64,000 bases of DNA. Source: the human T2T-CHM13v2.0 reference genome, Homo sapiens. Made by a program: the position numbers and the translations under genes. Location: assembly GCF_009914755.1 (NCBI RefSeq), contig NC_060925.1; one strand, written 5' to 3'. Shown one piece after another: positions 55,839 through 64,000 of the stretch. Each line of letters starts with the position of its first letter. The stretch's first letter is position 1. The notes under the pieces were generated by a model, which worked only from the letters and a program-made list of their open reading frames with translations, had not been told where the DNA came from and made no database searches.

Positions 55839-57538
55839 GAATTCTTCTGTCTAGCATAATATGAAGAAATCCAGTTTCCAACGAAGGCCTCAAAGGGGTC
55901 TGAATATCCACTTGCAGACTTTATAAACAGAGTGTTTACTAACTGCTCTATGAAAAGAAAGGTTAAACTCTGTGAGTTGAACACACACATCACAAAGGAG
56001 TTTCTGAGAATCATTCTTTCTAGTTTTTCTACGAAGATATTTCCTTTTCTACTATTGACCTCAAAGCGGCTGAAATCTCCACTTGCAAATTCCACAAAAA
56101 GAGTGTTTCAAGTCTGCTCTGTGTAAAGGATCGTTCAACTCTGTGAGTTGAATACACACAACACAAGGAAGTTACTGAGAATTCTTCTGTCTAGCAGAAT
56201 AGGAAGAAATCCCGTTTCCAACGAAGGCCTCAAAGAGGTCTGAATATCCACTTGCAGACTTTACAAACAGAGTGTTTCCTAACTGCTCTATGAAACGAAA
56301 GGTTAAACTCTGTGAGTTGAACGCACACATCACAAAGGAGTTTCTGAGAATCGTTCTGTCTAGTTTCTATAGGAAGATATTTCCTATTCTACCATTGACC
56401 TCAAAGCGGCTGAAATCTCCACTTGCAAATTCCACAAAAAGAATGTTTCAAGTCTGCTCTGTGTAAAGGATCGTTCAACTCTGTGAGTTGAATACACACA
56501 ACACAAGGAAGTTACTGAGAATTCTTCTGTCTAGCAGAATATGAAGAAATCCCGTTTCCAACGAAGGCCTCAAAGAGGTCTGAATATCCACTTGCAGACT
56601 TTACAAACAGAGTGTTTCCTAACTGCTCTATGAAAAGAAAAGTTAAACTCTGTGAGTTGAACGCACACATCACAAAGGAGTTTCTGAGAATCATTCTGTC
56701 TGGTCTTTATACGAAGATATTTCCTTTTCTACCATTGACCTCAAAGTGGCTGAAATCTCCACTTGCAAATTCCACAAAAAGAGTGTTTCAAGTCTGCTCT
56801 GTGTAAAGGATCGTTCAACTCTGTGAGTTGAATACACACAACACAAGGAAGTTACTGAGAATTCTTCTGTCTAGCAGAATAGGAAGAAATCCCGTTTCCA
56901 ACGAAGGCCTCAAGGAGGTCTGAATATCCACTTGCAGACTTTACAAACAGAGTGTTTCCTAACTGCTCTATGAACAGAAAGGTTAAACTCTGTGAGTTGA
57001 ACGAACACATCACAACGCAGTTTGTGGGAATGATTCTGTCTAGTTTTGAAACGAAGATATTTCCTTTTCTGCCGTTGACCTTAAAGCGCTTGAAATCTAC
57101 ACTTGCAAATTGCACAAATAGAGTGTTTCAAATCTGCTCTGTCTAAGGGAACGTTCAACTCTGTGAGTTGAATGCACACAACACAAGGAAGTTACTGGGA
57201 ATTCTTCTGTCTAGCCTTACATGAAAAAAACCCGTTTCCAACGAAGGCCTCTAAGTGGTCAAAATATCCACGTGCAGACTTTACAAACAGAGTGTTTCCA
57301 AACCGCTGAATGAAAAGAAAAGTTAAACTCTGAGAGTTCAACGCACACATCACGCAGCAGTTTCTGAGAATGATTCTGTCTAGTTTTTATACGAAGATAT
57401 TTCCTTTTCTGCCTTTGGCCCCAAAGCGCTTGAAATCTCCACTTGCAAATTCCACAAAAACAGTGTTTCAAATCTGCTCTCTCTAAATGAAAGTTCAACT
57501 CTGTCAGTTGAATACACACAACACAAGGAAGTTAATGA

Positions 57539-60258
57539 GAATTCTTCTGTCTAGCATAATATGAAGAAATCCCGTTTCCAACGAAGGCCTCAAAGGGGTC
57601 TGAATATCCACTTGCAGACTTTATAAACAGAGTGTTTACTAACTGCTCTATGAAAAGAAAGGTTAAACTCTGTGAGTTGAACACACACATCACAAAGGAG
57701 TTTCTGAGAATCATTCTTTCTAGTTTTTCTACGAAGATATTTCCTTTTCTACTATTGACCTCAAAGCGGCTGAAATCTCCACTTGCAAATTCCACAAAAA
57801 GAGTGTTTCAAGTCTGCTCTGTGTAAAGGATCGTTCAACTCTGTGAGTTGAATACACACAACACAAGGAAGTTACTGAGAATTCTTCTGTCTAGCAGAAT
57901 AGGAAGAAATCCCGTTTCCAACGAAGGCCTCAAAGAGGTCTGAATATCCACTTGCAGACTTTACAAACAGAGTGTTTCCTAACTGCTCTATGAAACGAAA
58001 GGTTAAACTCTGTGAGTTGAACGCACACATCACAAAGGAGTTTCTGAGAATCGTTCTGTCTAGTTTCTATAGGAAGATATTTCCTATTCTACCATTGACC
58101 TCAAAGCGGCTGAAATCTCCACTTGCAAATTCCACAAAAAGAATGTTTCAAGTCTGCTCTGTGTAAAGGATCGTTCAACTCTGTGAGTTGAATACACACA
58201 ACACAAGGAAGTTACTGAGAATGCTTCTGTCTAGCAGAATATGAAGAAATCCCGTTTCCAACGAAGGCCTCAAAGAGGTCTGAATATCCACTTGCAGACT
58301 TTACAAACAGAGTGTTTCCTAACTGCTCTATGAAAAGAAAAGTTAAACTCTGTGAGTTGAACGCACACATCACAAAGGAGTTTCTGAGAATCATTCTGTC
58401 TGGTCTTTATACGAAGATATTTCCTTTTCTACCATTGACCTCAAAGTGGCTGAAATCTCCACTTGCAAATTCCACAAAAAGAGTGTTTCAAGTCTGCTCT
58501 GTGTAAAGGATCGTTCAACTCTGTGAGTTGAATACACACAACACAAGGAAGTTACTGAGAATTCTTCTGTCTAGCAGAATATGAAGAAATCCCGTTTCCA
58601 ACGAAGGCCTCAAGGAGGTCTGAATATCCACTTGCAGACTTTACAAACAGAGTGTTTCCTAACTGCTCTATGAACAGAAAGGTTAAACTCTGTGAGTTGA
58701 ACGCACACATCACAAAGGAGTTTCTGAGAATCATTCTGTCTAGTCTTTATACGAAGATATTTACTTTTCTACCATTGACCTCAAAGCGGCTGAAATCTCC
58801 ACTTGCAAATTCCACAAAAAGAGTGTTTCAAGTCTGCTCTGTGTAAAGGATCATTCAACTCTGTGAGTTGAATAAACACAACACAAGGAAGTTACTGAGA
58901 ATTCTTCTGTCTAGCAGAATATGAAGAAATCCCGTTTCCAACGAAGGCCTCAAGGAGGTCTGAATATCCACTTGCAGACTTTACAAACAGAGTGTTTCCT
59001 AACTGCTCTATGAAAAGAAAGGTTAAACTCTGTGAGTTGAACGCACACATCACAAAGGAGTTTATGAGAATCATTCTGTCTAGTTTCTATAAGAAGATAT
59101 TTCCTATTCTACCATTGACCTCAAAGCGGCTGAAATCTCCACTTGCAAATTCGACAAAAAGAGTGTTTCAAGCCTGCTCTCTGTAAAGGATCCTTCAACT
59201 CTGTGAGTTGAATACACACAACACAAGGAAGTTACTGAGAATTATTCTGTCTAGCATAATATGAAGAAATCCCGTTTCCAACGAAGGCCTCAAAGAGGTC
59301 TGAATATCCACTTGCAGACTTTACAAACAGAGTGTTTCCTAACTGCTCTATGAGAAGAAAAGTTAAACTCTGTGAGTTGAACGCACACATCACAAAAGAT
59401 TTTCTGAGAATCATTCTGTCTAGTCTTTATATGAAGATAGTTTCCTTTTCTACCATTGACCTCAAAGCGGCTGAAATCTCCACTGGCAAATTCCACAAAA
59501 AGAGTGTTTCAAGTCTGCTCTGTGTAAAGGATCGTTCAACTCTGTGAGTTGAATACACACAACACAAGGAAGTTACTGAGAATTCTTCTGTCTAGCAGAA
59601 TATGAAGAAATCCCGTTTCCAACGAAGGCCACAAGATGTCAGAATATCCACTTACAGACTTTACAAACAGAGTGTTTCCTAACTGCTCTATGAACAGAAA
59701 GGTTAAACTCTGTGAGTTGAACGAGCACATCACAACGCAGTTTCTGGGAATGATTCGGTCTAGTTTTGAAACGAAGATATTTCCTTTTCTGCCGTTGACC
59801 TTAAAGAGCTTGAAAACTACACTTGCAAATTGCACAAATAGAGTGTTTCAAATCTGCTCTGTCTAAGGGAACGTTCAACTCTGTGAGTTGAATGCACACA
59901 ACACAAGGAAGTTACTGGGAATTCTTCTGTCTAGCCTTACATGAAAAAATCCCGTTTCCAACGAAGGCCTCTAAGTGGTCAAAATTTCCACGTGCAGACT
60001 TTACAAACAGAGTGTTTCCAAACCGCTGAATGAAAAGAAAAGTTAAACTCTGAGAGTTGAACGCACACATCACGCAGCAGTTTCTGAGAATGATTCTGTC
60101 TAGTTTTTATACGAAGATATTTCCTTTTCTGCCTTTGGCCCCAAAGCGCTTGAAATCTCCACTTGCAAATTCCACAAAAACAGTGTTTCAAATCTGCTCT
60201 CTCTAAATGAAAGTTCAACTCTGTCAGTTGAATACACACAACACAAGGAAGTTACTGA
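57539..60258 (-). repeat. Complete 16-mer HOR unit, 2720 bp
   Basis: A-H order; near-identical copy of 53120-55838. Confidence 0.88.
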
Positions 60259-63200
60259 GAATTCTTCTGTCTAGCATAATATGAAGAAATCCAGTTTCCA
60301 ACGAAGGCCTCAAAGGGGTCTGAATATCCACTTGCAGACTTTATAAACAGAGTGTTTACTAACTGCTCTATGAAAAGAAAGGTTAAACTCTGTGAGTTGA
60401 ACACACACATCACAAAGGATTTTGTGGGAATCGTTCTGTCTAGTCTTTATACGAAGATAGTTTCCTTTTCTACCATTGACCTCAAAGCGGCTGAAATCTC
60501 CACTTGCAAATTCCACAAAAGGAGTGTTTCAAGTCTGCTCTGTGTAAAGGATCGTTCATCTCTGTGAGTTGAATACACACAACACAAGGAAGTTACTGAG
60601 AATTCTTCTGTCTAGCAGAATATGAAGAAATCCCGTTTCCAACGAAGGCTTCAAAGAGGTCTGAATATCCACTTGCAGACTTTACAAACAGAGTGTTTCC
60701 TAACTGCTCTATGAAAAGAAAGTTTAAACTCTGTGAGTTGAACGCACACATCACAAAGGAGTTTCTGAGAATCATTCTGTCTAGTTTCTATAGGAAGATA
60801 TTTCCTATTCTACCATTGACCTCAAAGCGGCTGAAATCTCCACTTGCAAATTCCACAAAAAGAGTGTTTCAAGTCTGCTCTGTGTAAAGGATCGTTCAAC
60901 TCTGTGAGTTGAAAACACACAACACAAGGAAGTTACTGAGAATTCTTCTGTCTAGCAGAATATGAAGAAATCCCGTTTCCAACGAAGGCCTCAAGGAGGT
61001 CTGAATATCCACTTGCAGACTTTACAAACAGAGTGTTTCCTAACTGCTCTATGAACAGAAAGGTTAAACTCTGTGAGTTGAACGCACACATCACAAAGGA
61101 GTTTCTGAGAATCATTCTGTCTAGTCTTTATACGAAGATATTTACTTTTCTAACATTGACCTCAAAGCGGCTGAAATCTCCACTTGCAAATTCCACAAAA
61201 AGAGTGTTTCAAGTCTGCTCTGTGTAAAGGATCATTCAACTCTGTGAGTTGAATAAACACAACACAAGGAAGTTACTGAGAATTCTTCTGTCTAGCAGAA
61301 TATGAAGAAATCCCGTTTCCAACGAAGGCCTCAAGGAGGTCTGAATATCCACTTGCAGACTTTACAAACAGAGTGTTTCCTAACTGCTCTATGAAAAGAA
61401 AGGTTAAACTCTGTGAGTTGAACGCACACATCACAAAGGAGTTTATGAGAATCATTCTGTCTAGTTTTTATAAGAAGATATTTCCTATTCTACCATTGAC
61501 CTCAAAGCGGCTGAAATCTCCACTTGCAAATTCGACAAACAGAGTGTTTCAAGCCTGCTCTCTGTAAAGGATCCTTCAACTCTGTGAGTTGAATACACAC
61601 AACACAAGGAAGTTACTGAGAATTATTCTGTCTAGCATAATATGAAGAAATCCCGTTTCCAACGAAGGCCTCAAAGAGGTCTGAATATCCACTTGCAGAC
61701 TTTACAAACAGAGTGTTTCCTAACTGCTCTATGAGAAGAAAAGTTAAACTCTGTGAGTTGAACGCACACATCACAAAAGATTTTCTGAGAATCATTCTGT
61801 CTAGTCTTTATATGAAGATAGTTTCCTTTTCTACCATTGACCTCAAAGCGGCTGAAATCTCCACTTGCAAATTCCACAAAAAGAGTGTTTCAAGACTGCT
61901 CTGTGTAAAGGATCGTTCAACTCTGTGAGTTGAATACACACAACACAAGGAAGTTACTGAGAATTCTTCTGTCTAGCAGAATAGGAAGAAATCCCGTTTC
62001 CAACGAAGGCCACAAGATGTCAGAATATCCACTTACAGACTTTACAAACAGAGTGTTTCCTAACTGCTCTATGAACAGAAAGGTTAAACTCTGTGAGTTG
62101 AACGAACACATCACAACGCAGTTTGTGGGAATGATTCTGTCTAGTTTTGAAACGAAGATATTTCCTTTTCTGCCGTTGACCTTAAAGCGCTTGAAATCTA
62201 CACTTGCAAATTGCACAAATAGAGTGTTTCAAATCTGCTCTGTCTAAGGGATCGTTCAACTCTGTGAGTTGAATGCACACAACACAAGGAAGTTACTGGG
62301 AATTCTTCTGTCTAGCCTTACATGAAAAAAAACCCGTTTCCAACGAAAGCCTCTAAGTGGTCAAAATATCCACGTGCAGACTTTACAAACAGAGTGTTTC
62401 CAAACCGCTGAATGAAAAGAAAAGTTAAACTCTGAGAGTTGAACGCACACATCACGCAGCAGTTTCTGAGAATGATTCTGTCTAGTTTTTATACGAAGAT
62501 ATTTCCTTTTCTGCCCTTGGCCCCAAAGCGCTTGAAATCTCCACTTGCATATTCCACAAAAACAGTGTCTCAAATCTGCTCTCTCTAAATGAAAGTTCAA
62601 CTCTGTCAGTTGAATACACACAACACAAGGAAGTTACTGAGAATTCTTCTGTCTAGCAGAATATGAAGAAATCCCGTTTCCAACGAAGGCCTCAAAGGGG
62701 TCTGAATATCCACTTGCAGACTTTAAAAACAGAGTGTTTACTAACTGTTCTATGAAAAGAAAGGTTAAACTCTGTGAGTTGAACACACACATCACAAAGG
62801 AGTTTCTGAGAATCATTCTGTCTAGTTTTTCTACGAAGATATTTCCTTTTCTACTATTGACCTCAAAGCGGCTGAAATCTCCACTTGCAAATTCCACAAA
62901 AAGAGTGTTTCAAGTCTGCTCTGTGTAAAGGATCGTTCAACTCTGTGAGTTGAATACACACAACACAAGGAAGTTACTGAGAATTCTTCTGTCTAGCAGA
63001 ATAGGAAGAAATCCCGTTTCCAACGAAGGCCTCAAAGAGGTCTGAATATCCACTTGCAGACTTTCCAAACAGAGTGTTTCCTAACTGCTCTATGAAAAGA
63101 AAGGTTAAACTCTGTGAGTTGAACACACACATCACAAAGGAGTTTCTGAGAATCGTTCTGTCTAGTTTCTATAGGAAGATATTTCCTATTCTACCATTGA

Positions 63201-64000
63201 CCTCAAAGCGGCTGAAATCTCCACTTGCAAATTCCACAAAAAGAATGTTTCAAGTCTGCTCTGTGTAAAGGATCGTTCAACTCTGTGAGTTGAATACACA
63301 CAACACAAGGAAGTTACTGAGAATTATTCTGTCTAGCATAATATGAAGAAATCCCGTTTCCAACGAAGGCCCCAAAGAGGTCTGAATATCCACTTGCAGA
63401 CTTTACAAACAGAGTGTTTCCTAACTGCTCTATGAAAAGAAAGGTTAAACTCTGTGAGTTGAACGCACACATCACAAAGGAGTTTATGAGAATCATTCTG
63501 TCTAGTTTCTATAAGAAGATATTTCCTATTCTACCATTGACCTCAAAGCGGCTGAAATCTCCACTTGCAAATTCGACAAAAAGAGTGTTTCAAGCCTGCT
63601 CTCTGTAAAGGATCCTTCAACTCTGTGAGTTGAATACACACAACACAAGGAAGTTACTGAGAATTATTCTGTCTAGCATAATATGAAGAAATCCCGTTTC
63701 CAACGAAGGCCTCAAAGAGGTCTGAATATCCACTTGCAGACTTTACAAACAGAGTGTTTCCTAACTGCTCTATGAGAAGAAAAGTTAAACTCTGTGAGTT
63801 GAACGCACACATCACAAAAGATTTTCTGAGAATCATTCTGTCTAGTCTTTATATGAAGATAGTTTCCTTTTCTACCATTGACCTCAAAGCGGCTGAAATC
63901 TCCACTTGCAAATTCCACAAAAAGAGTGTTTCAAGTCTGCTCTGTGTAAAGGATCGTTCAACTCTGTGAGTTGAATACACACAACACAAGGAAGTTACTG

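Larger units (their letters stand above)
51460..60410. repeat. Tandem duplication of a ~4420-bp (13-dimer) super-unit, overlapping an older 1700-bp duplication
   Basis: Private variants recur at +4419/4420: aatgcttc ~53801/~58220, ccactggc ~55061/~59480, gagcacat...gattcggtc 55301/59721, ccagtttcc 55871/60291. Confidence 0.9.
1..64000 (-). repeat. Alpha-satellite (alphoid) centromeric tandem array, ~171-bp monomers arranged as ~340-bp dimers (SF1, J1/J2 type)
   Basis: Continuous 340-bp periodicity (equivalent ORF starts at 179, 519, 859, 1199...). Hallmark alphoid motifs: AACTCTGTGAGTTGAA twice per dimer, TTCTGTCTAG, CCACTTGCA, AGAGTGTTT. One CENP-B box and usually one GAATTC per dimer, matching the known 340-bp EcoRI dimer. 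Strand is given as the one on which the CENP-B box reads conventionally. Confidence 0.99.
1..64000 (-). other. Probable family: D1Z7/D5Z2/D19Z3 (S1C1/5/19H1L) live HOR array of human chr1/5/19; another SF1 array such as D16Z2 is not excluded
   Basis: A strongly diverged short block (G-H) is followed by variable runs of near-identical dimers containing TGACCTCAAAGCGGCTGAAATC. This is how I recall the chr1/5/19 array being organised. No alignment was run. Confidence 0.55.

Noticed and set aside
21529-62333. A6/A7/A8 variation in the run before the H-dimer CENP-B box as a functional switch
   Set aside because: Ordinary homopolymer slippage or sequencing error explains it, and the essential box bases are unaffected.
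2464-63670. Patterned loss of EcoRI sites (gaattat)
   Set aside because: It is a single haplotype SNV mostly preceding C and F dimers; it predicts 680-bp digest bands but needs no further explanation.
179-63969. Hundreds of 60-105 aa ORFs on both strands (MFPNCSMKRK..., MILRNSFVMC..., MCIQLTELNF...)
   Set aside because: They recur with the 340-bp satellite period, mostly start at alternative codons, overlap on opposite strands and are freely broken by stops and frameshifts. They are translation artefacts, used here only as markers of dimer type.
1-64000. CRISPR-like repeat/spacer array
   Set aside because: There are no unique spacers; the entire unit is repeated, and no cas-like ORF is present.
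1-64000. Transposon (L1/Alu), other satellite insertion or inversion
   Set aside because: Dimer phase stays within a few bp across the window, the box reads in the same orientation throughout, and I saw no poly-A tail, target-site duplication or non-alphoid stretch.

Overview
The whole 64 kb is an uninterrupted primate (most likely human) centromeric alpha-satellite array in one orientation. It is built from about 188 head-to-tail ~340-bp dimers of two ~170-bp monomers. Each dimer carries a CENP-B box on the minus strand and usually one EcoRI site, which is the classic suprachromosomal family 1 (J1/J2) dimeric organisation. My best guess, from memory and without alignment, is the D1Z7/D5Z2/D19Z3 (S1C1/5/19H1L) family. 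I see no genes, RNA genes, transposon insertions or inversions, and all listed ORFs are repeat artefacts. I found no new protein-coding system; the interesting content is the array architecture. Eight distinguishable dimer types (called A-H here) form a 2720-bp 16-mer higher-order repeat (HOR). Only 6 of 23 complete units have that structure, and the others span 4-13 dimers. Several multi-kb tandem, nested and displaced duplications can be traced by private SNVs. A central haplotype block lies between two related flanking blocks. All positions and counts were read by eye and may be off by a few bases or copies.
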